From contig JBNGIO010006131.1 of assembly GCA_049999805.1 (NCBI GenBank), forward strand, positions 121,884 through 185,883: 64,000 bases of DNA, written 5' to 3'. The position numbers and the translations under genes are program-made. This document shows, one piece after another, positions 12,475-24,238 of the stretch; position 1 is the first letter of the stretch; every line of letters begins with the position of its first letter. Source of the stretch: Folioceros fuciformis (taxonomy: Eukaryota). A model generated the notes under the pieces. That model saw only the letters and a program-made list of their open reading frames with translations, was not told the origin of the DNA and searched no databases.

Positions 12475-14249
12475 TCAAACAGAAGCAGGTGCCAACTGGA
12501 TGAGGCTCTCGCAGAACTTCAGGTCGAAATTCGGGTTTGAATCATCCCCGATACTCTCAAAAACTGCATCTGCTGCAGCGAAATCTTCGTCCGCCGTGTA
12601 CCTGCGACGATGTGCATGTTACAAAGGGTGATGAACCTAGCACCTAAAGGCACAATTTGACCTGCCGCTTACTCCAATGTCAAATGCAAGTGAAAGAACC
12701 TCGGACCAGGATAGGCCAATACCCGCTTTTTGTCACGATGCACTTCATCTTTGCAGCTTTTGCTGCTGCAAGGCCAATGCCACTGTCCTCGACTACCACG
12801 CACCTGTTAACAAGTCACGCAGCAAAGTATTGTGAGCCGCATCCACCGTGTACAGAGTGCTCAAAGGGACATGGCCAAGCTACAGACCTGTCCGGTGCCA
12901 GTCCAAAAGTGCTTGCTGCCAGTAAGTAGATTGCCTGTCTCATGTTCAAACAACCACAGACAGCTCAGGGATTGCGACCGGGTCGGGTTTCCAATCAGCA
13001 GATGAGGTGCTTCTATCACGGAAAACAAACCTTTAAACACGACACTCAGCTATGCAGAGAGCCTTACAGGATCCGGTTTTTTGCGGCTAACTATATCTCC
13101 AGCAAAGATTGTGATGGACGACGCTCTCTCTTGACCCAGCAAAACTCGCACTATGGCCGAAACCTGTCCACGCACTTCAGTCGTTAGCCTGCAGACGAGC
13201 TTGATGGCTGAAGATGCATACCGATGTGTGAAGTTCGTACCGCCTTCTCGTTGGATGTGCTGCACACAGCAACCTTGATGCCATTACCCAGCGCCTCATC
13301 AATAAGCCTGAAAATTCAGCCATGAGACGAAACTGAAGGTCAAAACCCAGTCCCATACTGCATCAATCCCCAGTGGCATGAGCCCTCTACACTCTTCCAA
13401 AATAAAACTGAGACAAAGCTACTTGACATCCTGAGCCACTCTGAAGAAAAAAAAGCCTGCAGAACACACCTTGCAACACCGGGCCGCAGGGGAAGGGAAC
13501 CCTTTTCTATGAGGTCCATGAAGAGGACAGTCTTCCTCTTATGTAGTCCAGCAACAAATTCCTTCCTTTCAGCCGGGTCTGTAGGAGCAGTCGCAGGCCA
13601 TCCTACCTTATCGAAGTAGTGAGTCATACTGCACTCCACCACACAGAAATGTTATCGAAAACTAAGCCGAGAGCCCTGCGAAAACCACAACCCCACACAG
13701 TAAGGTCATCTACTGCAGGCAGGCAGATTGAAGGAGCTCAAATGAAAACAAGACTCATGGCAAAAGCTCAAGTACCGCTCCTTACCACCGCCAATCTTAA
13801 GCAACTCCCCATACAGCTCCACATCCCAATCCACACCCAGCCCTTTCTGTATCACGAGTCCAAAAAACTGAGATACAGGCACAAAAAAGCAAAAGCCAGC
13901 CCAAGTAGCCCAGAAGTATTCTGACGCCTGCCTCGGCAAAGGTTTCATTGAACGAAATGCGATGCCCGTCCCGCTCCGTGTCCACCAACACTCCATCACA
14001 ATCGAAGAGCAGCCCGTCCAGCGACGCAGTCACCACGCCCGCACCTGCCTCCCCTCTGCTCCGGACCCGCCATCGCTGCCTCCCAATTGCTCCAGACAAA
14101 GTTCTAGAACAGAATCCCACCCTCCAATCAGGCCGCGAGCATATCGCCCCCTGCTTCACACCACGACGGGCTGCTCCAGGCCATTCCGCTCGCTCGGTAA
14201 CCGGCCAACCCACCTTCAACAGGCAGACGACAGCTGCTGTTGCCGCCAT
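12475..14249 (-). CDS. CBBY: Chloroplast CbbY-like HAD phosphatase, multi-exon
   Basis: Transit peptide, LLFDCDGVLVDTERDGHRISFN, LYGELLKIGGGKER, LPLRPGVA, AVCSTSNEKAV, KKPDPAIY, CVVVEDSGIGL, YTADEDF; stop TGA at 12477-12475. Confidence 0.93.
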
Positions 14250-15445
14250 GGCTTCTCCTTGGAGTCCAATGCTTGCCTTATCTAAGACAAGGCACCATGT
14301 GATCCAGCCGGAGGTTTTAGGCGCACAAATTTTCACTACATACGTATTTTGCGTATGAAACGGAACTGAGAGGAGTCTCGCGTTTACTCGTCCTACGAAG
14401 CGTGCTTGCAGCGTTCCACCTTCAAACGGGTCTTGCAGGCGGAGAGAGGAAAGTGCTTGGTGGCGCTTAAATTTGGAGCTACACAGTCCGCCTAATCTCA
14501 AAAATCTCGTACATGTTATAGCGAGACGAACCGAGATTACATGTAAGCTTCTGTAGCAGCCATCGCCAGGCATTCTGGACTCTTCTCATCTATGCTAGGA
14601 AGCATACGCATACGGCCTGTCTATTGGTACACAAAGATGTCGGGGAGTTGAGGCTCGAGATGAGACAACTCGTCAGGCCAAGCAGAGATAAGACTTCATC
14701 ATCCACACTTTTCTTCATGAAAGTGAGGAGTGAAGAAGCTAGTGCACCAGCACTCCCGTTGTTTGCCCCGGAGGACAGAAACAGTTAGAGCATCCGAGGC
14801 ACGAGCAGATAGGACCATCGCAGCCATCATCGTCGTTGACGTGCACGTCGGAGGTGTCTTCCAGTCCCACCTGACTCGTACTGACGGCTGAATTCTGCAC
14901 GAGCTCCCGTGCTTCTCCTGACGCCATGAGGGAGATCATCACCATCAGAGCAATCGTGAGGGCTATGGTGCTGCTGTACTTCGCCATGGCTACTGGGAGC
15001 TGGAGAATATCGATGTGAATGCATGCAGAGGAAGAGCAGCTGGAATTTGAAGGCATCATGTGACGTGATTTTCGAGCATATCCATGTTACATGTTTGTCA
15101 CTACCTTCTGGAAATTCACGAACAGCACCGAACTTATCGCCGCTCTTGTTCCTGGTTGCGGCTTTGTTTGAAGTGCTGGCGCATACGCTTGCCGCGTCCT
15201 CTGGAGGATCTCGCTAAGATTTTCATGGCGCCTTCCAGTTGCCATTCAGTTCCTGTCGGGGCAATGTGTGTGTGTTCCGGTGAGGAAGTATTGCATATCT
15301 TTGCCAAGGCATTTGGCTGCTGACCTGTACGTAAGGATAGTAGATCTATATGTGACTCAGATTCCGTGAATCTGGTATGTGCCAGTGCTGTGTCATGGTG
15401 GGCAATGGGCACATCGCGCCTGCTTGTCTGCTGATGGTGTACGCG
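13866..15445. repeat. Arm A of a ~1.5-kb diverged inverted duplication (partner 22722-24238)
   Basis: Reverse complement aligns by eye along its length, e.g. 15328-15440 vs 22728-22845, the peptide gene, and CBBY exon 1. Confidence 0.9.
14739..14987 (-). CDS. 82-aa secreted cysteine-rich peptide precursor, copy A
   Basis: Signal peptide, acidic pro-region, GCDGPICSCLGCSNCFCPPG; frame conserved in copy B. Confidence 0.8.
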   Translation of the reverse strand: MAKYSSTIALTIALMVMISLMASGEARELVQNSAVSTSQVGLEDTSDVHVNDDDGCDGPICSCLGCSNCFCPPGQTTGVLVH

Positions 15446-15582
15446 TTCCTTCTAGGCTCCGCCACCTTGAGAAGCATGGCGAGAAATTCCGCTTTGCTGG
15501 CTTCAGCGAAGCCAGTGGTGTGGGGGCACAAGCAAGTCGGGAGGAGTAACATTTCTGCGAGGAAAGCAGGCTGGGCAAGGGG

Positions 15583-18246
15583 ATGTGCGGCTGGCGACGG
15601 ATATCCCAGGCAGGAGGACAGGTGGCGACAGTGTTGTCGGGAACCCCCCGATGGATTGGTTTCCGGCACAGGCAGTTCGAGGAGGTCCTCTGGTTGAACA
15701 GCTTGTGCAAGCCAGTGTTCGTGGATGCGCAGGTGGGTTCTGTGGGTTTAGGGGTAAAGTTCGACAGGGGATTCGCGGATGCCCCTCGCCTTCGCAGGCG
15801 TGAAGGGTTCGACAGCTGGGTGACGGCTGAAGCCGTGGCGAAGCTATGTTGTGAAGGCCGTCTGCGTGAGGCCGTTGAGGCTTTGGAAGTTCTCGTGGAG
15901 ACAGGCCGTTGTATTTCCAGGTCCCTCTTTTACGTCGTCCTGAAGAAGTGTGTAGACAAGAAGGATGCTGTTCTGGGAAGCCGCGTACATGGTTTTATGG
16001 TGGAGAAGGGTTACCAGTCGGACACGTTCCTGTGCAACCACATTCTGCGAATGTATGCTTCCCATGGCAAGTTACAAGATGCAATGAATGTGTTCGAAGG
16101 GCTTGCCAAACCGGATGCCTTCACTTGGTCCGCTATCATTTGTGCTCACGTGAAACAGGGGCAAGATAGGCAGGCTATAGGCCTGTATCAGCGGATGCGG
16201 AGGTCAAGTGTGAAGCCAGATTGCCATGTGTTTGTGGCAGCCCTCCAGGCTTGTGCGAAAGGTGCAGACTTGGAAGCTGGGCAGCAGGTGCATGCTGATG
16301 TGGTGGCCAGTGGCGTCGAGCCGGATTTGTTTGTCTGGAACTGCTTGCTCGACATGTATGCAAAGTGTGGCTGCTTGCGGGAGGCTCAGAGAGTGTTTGA
16401 CGAACTTGGTCGGAAGAATGAGGTGACGTGGAGTGCTTTGATAGCAGGATATTCCCAGCAGGGTAAGGGGCACGAAGCGCTGCGTCTCTACACTGATCTG
16501 CAAGAAAATGGTGTAGCTGTGCGCAATGCCTCGACATTTGTGTGTCTCCTGCAGGCATGTGCCAGTGTGGGCACCCCTGCGTTGGAGAGGGGAAAGCATC
16601 TTCATGCGGAAATCAGAGAAGGAGACCATGAAGCTGATGTGTTCGTGGCCAACAGTCTGGTGAACATGTATGCCAAGTGTGGCAGCTTGGGAGATGCGCA
16701 AAGAGTGTTCGCTGGACTTGGTTACAAGGATGTTGTGACGTGGACTGCCATGATAGCAGGATATTCTCAGAAGGGCATGGGTGAGCAAGCCCTTCGCCTC
16801 TACACTGATATGCAAGGCGAAGGTGTGGCTGTACCCAATTCTGTGACATTTGTGTGCCTTCTGCAGGCATGTGCAAGTGTGGGCGCCTTGGCATTAGAGA
16901 GGGGAAAGCATATTCATATGCAAATCAAAGAACAAGGACGTGAAGCTGATGTGTTCGTCGCCAACAGTTTGGTGAACATGTATGCAAAGTGCGGCAGCCT
17001 GGAAGACGCTCAGAGAGTCTTTAATGCACTTGCTCGTAAAGATGTGGTGACGTGGACTGCCTTGATAGCAGGTTATTCCCAGCAGAGCATGGGGCAGAGA
17101 GCCCTTCATCTCTACAGTGCTATGCAAGAAGGAGGCATCGCTGTGCCCGATTGCGTGACATTTGTGTGCCTCCTGCAGGCTTGTGCCAGTGTGGGCACCC
17201 CGGCCTTGAAGAAGGGGAAGCAGCTTCATGTGCAGATCAGAGAGCAAGGGCACCAAGCTGATGCTCATGTAGCCAGTAGTTTGGTGAACATGTATGCAAA
17301 ATGTGGAAGCTTGGAAGATGCTCAGAAAGTGTTTGACGGGCTCAGTCAGAAAAATTTGGTAACATGGACTGCCATGATATCAGGATATTCTCAGCAGGGC
17401 ATGGGTCAGGAGGCCCTTCGTCTGTACAGGGCAATGCAAGCAGAAGGCATGGCCGTACCCGACACTGTGACATTTGTGTGCCTCCTTCAAGCATGTGCCA
17501 ATGTGGCGGCTGTGAATCTGGGAAGGCAGTTACATGCACAGATCATAGAACAAGGGCTCCAGACTGATGTGTTTGTTGCCGTCAGCTTGATCAACATGTA
17601 TGCGAAGTCGGGAAGCATGGTTGATGCACAGCGTGTTTTTGATTCGTTACCCCAAAGAGACGTCGCTTGGAGTGCACTGATTGCAGGCTACACTTGTCAA
17701 GGAGATAGTGAAGTGGTCTTCAACTTGCTCCAGAGAATGAGAGAGGATGGCATACAGCCAGACAGCATGACACTCCTTAGTGTACTAACAGTGTGCAGTC
17801 ATGCCGGTCTAGTGAACAAGGGACGGGAGTGCTTTGAGGCTATGAGCAAACACTTTGGCGTCACGCCAAAGGAGGACCACTACACATGCATGGTGGACCT
17901 CTTAGGTCGTGCAGGACAGCTGGATGATGCACTAGCTTTAGTAGGGACTATGCATCTAAAACCGAATGCTTCGGTTTGGCATGCACTTTTGGGTGCTTGT
18001 CGGAAGTGGATCAATGTGGAGATGGGGCGCCATGCTTTTAATGAAGCAATCAAGCTAGACAACCAAGACGCTTCAGCGTATGTATTGATGTCGAACATTT
18101 ACACAGCTGCCCAGATGTGGGAGCAGGCCTGGAAGATGCAAGTGAGGAGAAAAAGCACCAGGGCATGGAAGCGTCCTGGTCAGTGCTGGTGGACGGACAA
18201 CGTCGGACTGGTGCATAGCTTTTTGGCCGGGGAGTCAATTTTTTAG
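15583..18246 (+). CDS. PLS-class PPR protein with E domains and PG box, no DYW domain (organellar RNA editing factor type)
   Basis: Repeated SLVNMYAKCGSLEDA / WTAMIAGYSQ / TFVCLLQACA motifs, HYTCMVDLLGRAG, WHALLGAC, AYVLMSNIY, ends KRPGQCWWTDNVGLVHSF; intronless. Confidence 0.95.
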   Translation: MCGWRRISQAGGQVATVLSGTPRWIGFRHRQFEEVLWLNSLCKPVFVDAQVGSVGLGVKFDRGFADAPRLRRREGFDSWVTAEAVAKLCCEGRLREAVEALEVLVETGRCISRSLFYVVLKKCVDKKDAVLGSRVHGFMVEKGYQSDTFLCNHILRMYASHGKLQDAMNVFEGLAKPDAFTWSAIICAHVKQGQDRQAIGLYQRMRRSSVKPDCHVFVAALQACAKGADLEAGQQVHADVVASGVEPDLFVWNCLLDMYAKCGCLREAQRVFDELGRKNEVTWSALIAGYSQQGKGHEALRLYTDLQENGVAVRNASTFVCLLQACASVGTPALERGKHLHAEIREGDHEADVFVANSLVNMYAKCGSLGDAQRVFAGLGYKDVVTWTAMIAGYSQKGMGEQALRLYTDMQGEGVAVPNSVTFVCLLQACASVGALALERGKHIHMQIKEQGREADVFVANSLVNMYAKCGSLEDAQRVFNALARKDVVTWTALIAGYSQQSMGQRALHLYSAMQEGGIAVPDCVTFVCLLQACASVGTPALKKGKQLHVQIREQGHQADAHVASSLVNMYAKCGSLEDAQKVFDGLSQKNLVTWTAMISGYSQQGMGQEALRLYRAMQAEGMAVPDTVTFVCLLQACANVAAVNLGRQLHAQIIEQGLQTDVFVAVSLINMYAKSGSMVDAQRVFDSLPQRDVAWSALIAGYTCQGDSEVVFNLLQRMREDGIQPDSMTLLSVLTVCSHAGLVNKGRECFEAMSKHFGVTPKEDHYTCMVDLLGRAGQLDDALALVGTMHLKPNASVWHALLGACRKWINVEMGRHAFNEAIKLDNQDASAYVLMSNIYTAAQMWEQAWKMQVRRKSTRAWKRPGQCWWTDNVGLVHSFLAGESIF

Positions 18247-18393
18247 TGGTAGTATTTTCGAAGATGGGAAAAGTAGGATGGTTGCCTCCACTGGTCTCTG
18301 CTCAATAGTCTCGTACCAGTGCGACTAAGTTGTTCATATTCAGATTGGCTCGTATACTTACAACCTGTTGTGTCTCGACAAAAATTCTTTTCC

Positions 18394-18997
18394 TTAATCA
18401 AACTCTATAGCCAGTTCGCTGGACTTGGAAAGTCTAAATGGGCCATGAATTCCACGCCAAGCTGTTTTTGATATGACCGCCTCTGGACAATCGAGCGGAT
18501 TAGTCTTCTCACATGTCACTTCTCCCAAGAACTTTAGTGTTACGGTGTTTCTTCCAAGACATATATCAGATGAAACATATTGCACGGATGGATCAGCAGT
18601 AGAACTCAAATCACACACGTCCAGTCTCTGATGACATGAAACATTTTGCTGCTGGATGATACTGGTTCGAAGAATTATCCATGAGCCTTTGTCTAACTCT
18701 TCATCAAAAGCAAGACTACACCCTAAAACACAGAACGATAAAGACATAAGTTCACATCAATCAACAATGCATTTTCGTATTTGTTTCATAACACAATTGA
18801 GAATCCTTAGTTTTGGAAGACTTACGAGGAGTTATGTCTGCATAAGTAGGATAATATGTGACATTATAAGTAGTGCCAACTACACCACTATAAGCTCCAA
18901 AGAATCCTGTAAGCTTTGCTTCACTCATCACACATGAAAGAGAAAATAGCACAACAAGTGAGAGGACAACACTTAATATGCCTTGTCTTAAAGCCAT
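18394..18997 (-). CDS. Unknown secreted protein, 166 aa, 2 exons (18997-18826, 18722-18394)
   Basis: Signal peptide; phase-compatible GTAAGT...TTTTAG intron 18825-18723 joins two track ORFs into one frame; 6 Cys in the mature part. Confidence 0.65.
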
Positions 18998-19949
18998 TGT
19001 GAGTTTTTATATGATTTAAGTGATAACCATGGTACACATATATAGTGAATCTTGAGTTCTTTTCTCGACAACTTTTTTATCCTTGCATCGATGAACTTTT
19101 TGTCCTTTCAACACATTTATTCAAAGCCAACATTCACAAAGTGAGTACAAAACAATGTAGGTTCTAATAGGACAAAATATAAGAATAAACCATATTTTAC
19201 ATACTTCCAAAAAAAAAAAACTTTATCTACAAGCCACATTTGTTGCTTCAAGAAAAGTCAAATAAAAAGCATTGATAAAAAAACATGTAACAATAAAAGA
19301 GAAATCAATCACATACAACGGCTTTGCATATCAAAGCCACTTATGGCTTTCAGAGGGAGAATTGAAGACTTTATAGAAAAGAAAGAGATGGAAGTTCCCT
19401 CTACCCCTGGATAAGGGAACAACCCACAATGGGGAAAAGCCAAGAATGGGGGGCTTAGTCGCCTCGTCCACCAAGCCTGTAACTTCTTATCGCCTCCAAG
19501 ATGTCGTATTCGGGTACAAGGTATGGCCTACTTATCACCATACAAGGTATGGCCTACTTATCACCAGGGCCACTGAAGCTGCATTCGCCGCACTTGATGT
19601 TGTCCGAAAAATCGCTTTTGCCAAGGCTCTCTTTGTAATACAATTGAAACCCGTTGCCGGAAAATGCCACCACGCCGGATAGGGGAAGCCCTACGCCACT
19701 CCTACTGACGTGATGGGCCTTCAAATGGACTTTGAGGTTTTGCAATTCCCCACAATGGCTTTGCATATTAAAGCCATTGATGGCTTTCAAATGGAATTAG
19801 AGGCTTGGCAGTTCTAGATAATGGCTTTGCATATAAAAGCTGGCTTTTAGATGGACTCAAAGGTTTTGTATTCACATTTGGACCATACTTATGCCAAAAC
19901 AACTACAGTTGTAAAGTAGGTGTACCAAAAGTAACTATCTATCAATAAG

Positions 19950-21000
19950 ACTAGAATGTACTCTCATTGACAACGTCATTGAAGGTTGCTTGAATCCCGA
20001 CTTGTTGTTCAAATTCAAAGAACTGACTATGCCTATTGAAGGAAGGGATTGTGGATGCTAACCCTTGGTCATATGCTACTTAGCCCACCGACGAGTTGGG
20101 TTGAGCATCATATGACCAATAAGTAACGTCAAAAGTATTTATTCTAAGCCACTCTACCCCTTCTTTTTGCTTGCCTTGGTGCTTTGTTACTAGCACATAT
20201 TCCTCTAATGACTGTTTGGCATTAGCTCATGAACATATGTGGGTCCTACCAACACAAGGGTTTGGCATACATCCAAGTGCACGTCCTTTGAGACCTCACT
20301 ATCAATGACTACAAACATAGCCAAGAAGAGAGTTATACAACGTGTGACAAATTGCTTTCATTTACACCTAGAGTAGCCTATCCCAGGTGCAATATCGAGC
20401 ACCGGTTCTTCAGAAGATAGCTTATTACATTACAAAGTAGTTAGCTATCATATGAAGAACTCCAGCTTGCAACAACAATCTCTTGATTGAAAAATCTAAT
20501 GGGCAAGACTCCTATGCAAATTCCATATCAAAGGGCTTGTAACTCCTCCAAAAGGGGCTCCAAGTAAACATCGAAGTTTGGGATGTTGTGAAGGCCTGAC
20601 ACTTTGAGCGATATTATAACATTCTAACCTTTCGTGCTTAACGATGGAGGTAGGTTGTGCACAAAGAGGAGAACAGGCCATACAAATATGGCAGATGATA
20701 CATGATGATTTTAAATGGGTTGAAACTATATATGGTCAACCCAAGACATATGTTGAGGGGCTCTTGCCCAAACCTCAAAACCTTATCCAGAGTTGCTCAA
20801 GTTAGAGTGTCCGCCATGATGGAGTTGCGAGAAAGAGCTCCACTAGTGTGTCTTATCTTCAGCATGCGGTAAAGCTTTGTGTGTACTCACGTTTTCGCAT
20901 GGTTGTATGCCTCAGACACAACTATAGCTAATGTCTAATTGAGTAAGATTGTTCTTAACAACTCTATTTCTCCAGGTTTGAAAGCATGAGCAGCTATTAT
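19950..21000 (-). mobile_element. Decayed CACTA/En-Spm transposase (Tnp2/Transposase_21-like) remnant; limits approximate
   Basis: 20680-20520 translates WPVLLFVHNLPPSLSTKG*NVIISLKVSG..IPNFDVYLEPLLEELQAL*YGI, matching the WPV...NLPP...DVYL.PL..EL..LW motif; has stops. Confidence 0.75.
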
Positions 21001-23218
21001 CAACATCACACTTGTGTGTGGTGAGTGGTCTGTGGCATTATGGAGTTAAGAGGTGAGTGATGACCATTGATAGTTTGGTGGCTTATGTTAAATTTCTTTG
21101 ATAAAACATGTTTGTTTATAAAGTGAGTACTTTGTATAAAACTACCAACTACTGATGGTTGTGCTTAGCAACACTTTGCTCCTCAAAGTGTTTCATTTTT
21201 GGTTTTGGAGGCAACACCCAAGGTGCTATAGTTGTACCCTTATCAAAAGGTATCTTCTGGCCATGTGTTTCCTAAAATGCAAGTTTTCTCTTCAGAGAAA
21301 AGTCAGTTCCTGATGAGATATTGCTAAAATCCCATGGAGCTTGCAACTTTGTAAATCCCATGGAGCCTGCAACTTTGTATCAGATGTTGATAATTCCTCT
21401 AGCTTTTAAACCACTTGAATCAACATACCAACTGTGTGCTCATCCAAGACTGGAAATTTGTTATACAAGGTTCTCTTACACTAAGTGCGTTCTAGATTTT
21501 TTCTTGTTTCTAAAATTGGTCTCTGTTACTACATGTACGGCTGGCCTATGTTCCTCATGTGGTGTGTTGGAATGCATATTTACCTCTATGTCTCTAATCT
21601 CAATAATACTAGCCAACAATAGCACTTCTCCATGCTGCCATGCTATGTGCATGAAGACCTTCATGAGCATTTGAGTTGCAATTGAAGTACACAACAAAAT
21701 CTTGACCTTTCACTTGTTGCTTACATATGAATCTCATCACAGCATGTAGACAAATACATGTTGATTAACTTGATGTGACATCTTTAACCTCGTAAAGATT
21801 GTTCTTCTTCTAACTATATACATTATTTGATGTGTCTATTCTTTTGACAACGTGTATCCATTGCTTTGCAAAGAACATTAGCCTACATGGGTTTTTAGAA
21901 CAATAACGAAGTGCAAGTCAAGTGGCTTCTTGGGCATTGTTCTTCTTCTAACTATATACATTATTTGATGTGTCTATTCTTTCGNNNNNNNNNNTGTTCT
22001 TCTTCTAACTATATACATTATTTGATGTGTCTATTCTTTCGACAATGTGTATCCATTGCTTTGCAAAGAGCATTAGCCTACATAGTCTTTTAAACAATAA
22101 CGAAGTGCAAGTCAAGTGGCTTCTTAGGCCCTTTGCTATTCCACATCATGGCTTCTGAGGCCCTTTGCTATTCCACATCATGACCATTTGGGAGCAGTAG
22201 GTAGTTTTTGAGAATGATGTTCAAAGGGACTAGTATCCTTTTTGGCCCTTGGCCCTACTCGGGTTGTTCTTCTTATCTGAAGAGTAAATGGGCCTTTCCA
22301 TGTTTTTTTTCAATTATAGAAAATAATGTGTATGTACTTGTTGGTAGTTGAATATCTTCATATTTTTAGTATCCACCTTTTGTCATTGCATGTTGTATCC
22401 TGCTCTCTAACTTAGAATTGCCAAGTATATCCTATGCTTTACATTGTGCTTGAAACCAGAAGTGACAATCTACCTATTCAATAAGAGTATGAGTCAACTA
22501 ATCTACCCTTTGTCCAATAAGCATTTGTTTTGTCATGCTACATCTAATCTTTAAGTATCAATGGTAAGACTCTATACTACTGTTACAATCTTGACCACAT
22601 AAGGCACGATGCGAGCCGCCCAAATCCACATGTGCATGGTAGCCCCACATTGGTCCTTTTAAGTATTGAACAAAAGTAGGTTGCGAACTCTCATACTTTG
22701 CATAAAACACTTTGGCTTCTTCGTGCACCATCAGTCGACGATGGAGAGCAGGCGAGGTGTGCCCATCACCCACTACGGCAGAGCACAGGCACATACCAGA
22801 TTCACGAAATCTCAGTCACATGTAGATCTTCTATCCTTACGTACAATTCAGTAGCCGAAATGAAAAGATGTGCAACACCTTTCTCACCGGAATCGAAGCG
22901 CATTCCCCCGACAGGGACTGTCAAGCAAGCATGCAATTGCGGGGCCCTGAGAGATCTGGAAGGCGCCCGGAAAATCTTAGCCAGAGCTTGCAGAGGACCA
23001 GGGCAGCATATGCTCCAGCACTTCAAACAAAGCCGCAACATTCACGGAACAAGAGCGGCGATACGTTCGGTGCTGTTCGTGAACTTCCAGAACGGAGTGA
23101 CAAATATGTAACATGGATATCCGCAAGAATCAGGTCACATGCCAGCTTGGTGCCTTCAAATAGCGGCTGCAGACCCGCTTCCTGCACTCACATCGATATC
23201 CTCCAGCTTCCAGCAGCC

Positions 23219-23467
23219 ATGGCAAGGTACAGCAGCACTATAGCCGTCACGATTGCTCTCATAGTGGTGATTTCCCTCATGGCGTCAGGAGAAGCCCGGG
23301 ATCTCGTGCAGAATTCAGCCGTCAGGGCGAGTCAGGTGGGACTGGAAGACACCTCCGAGGTGCACGTCAACGACGATGATGGCTGCGAGGATCCTATCTG
23401 CTCCTGCCTCCTATGCTCTAACTGTTTCTGCCCTCCGGGGAAAACAACGGGAGTGTTGGTGCACTAG
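23219..23467 (+). CDS. 82-aa secreted cysteine-rich peptide precursor, copy B
   Basis: MARYSSTIAVTIALIVVISLMASGEA...GCEDPICSCLLCSNCFCPPGKTTGVLVH; 70/82 residues identical to copy A. Confidence 0.8.
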   Translation: MARYSSTIAVTIALIVVISLMASGEARDLVQNSAVRASQVGLEDTSEVHVNDDDGCEDPICSCLLCSNCFCPPGKTTGVLVH

Positions 23468-23943
23468 CTTCTTCATTCCACACTTTCATGAAGAAGGGTA
23501 TGCATAATGACGTATATCTCTGCCTGGCCTCACGAGTTGTCTCATCTCGAGCCTCAACTCCCCGACATCTTTGTGTACCAATAAGACAGGCCGTATGCAC
23601 ATGCTTTCTAGCACAGATGAGAAGAGTCCAGAATACCCGGCGATGGCTGCCACAGAAGCCTACATGTAATCCTGGTTCTTCGCTATAATCTGTACGTGAT
23701 TTTTGAGCGTAATCGGAATGCGTAGCTCCAAATTCGAGTGCTACCGGCACGTTCCTCTCTCCTCCTGCCTCACCCCCTTTCAAGCTGGAACGCTGCAAGC
23801 ACGCTTTGTAGGACGAGTAAGCTCGGGACTCCTTTCAGTTCAGTTTCATACACAACATCGTCAAAATTTGTGCACCAAAACCTCAGGAACTCACATGCTG
23901 CCTCATCCTACATAAGCCGAGCACTGGATTCAGAGGTGAGACC

Positions 23944-24238
23944 ATGGCGGCAACAGCAGCAGCGTTCTGCCTGGCGAAGGTGCGTTGGTCCGCTAGCGAG
24001 CGAGCAAACTGGCCTGGAGCAGACCGGCGTGGTGTGAATCTGGAGGCGCCATGCCCACGGCCTGATTTGAGGCTGGGCTTCTGTTCCAGGGCTTCGTTTG
24101 GAGCAATTGGAATGCAGCGATGGCGGGTCTGGCGCAGAGGGCATCGCATTTTCCTTCAATGAGACCTTCGAAGGAGCAGGCGTGCGAGTTCATGCGCTGC
24201 TATCGTCGGGTTTTGCGTTTGTTGCCCGTATCTCACTG
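23944..24238 (+). pseudogene. Truncated CBBY exon-1 fragment
   Basis: MAATAAAFCLAKV... paralogous to the CBBY start; the segment encoding FDCDGVLVD is deleted, frame disrupted, no downstream exons. Confidence 0.85.

Larger units (their letters stand above)
22722..24238. repeat. Arm B of the inverted duplication
   Basis: Reverse complement of 13866-15445 with substitutions and indels. Confidence 0.9.

Noticed and set aside
18331-18348. In-frame CSYSDW after the PPR stop as a DYW remnant
   Set aside because: Only about 30 codons downstream, with several stops and no HxE/CxxC; likely chance
21818-22130. Local ~120-bp tandem duplications
   Set aside because: Flank a 10-N gap; likely assembly overlap artefact
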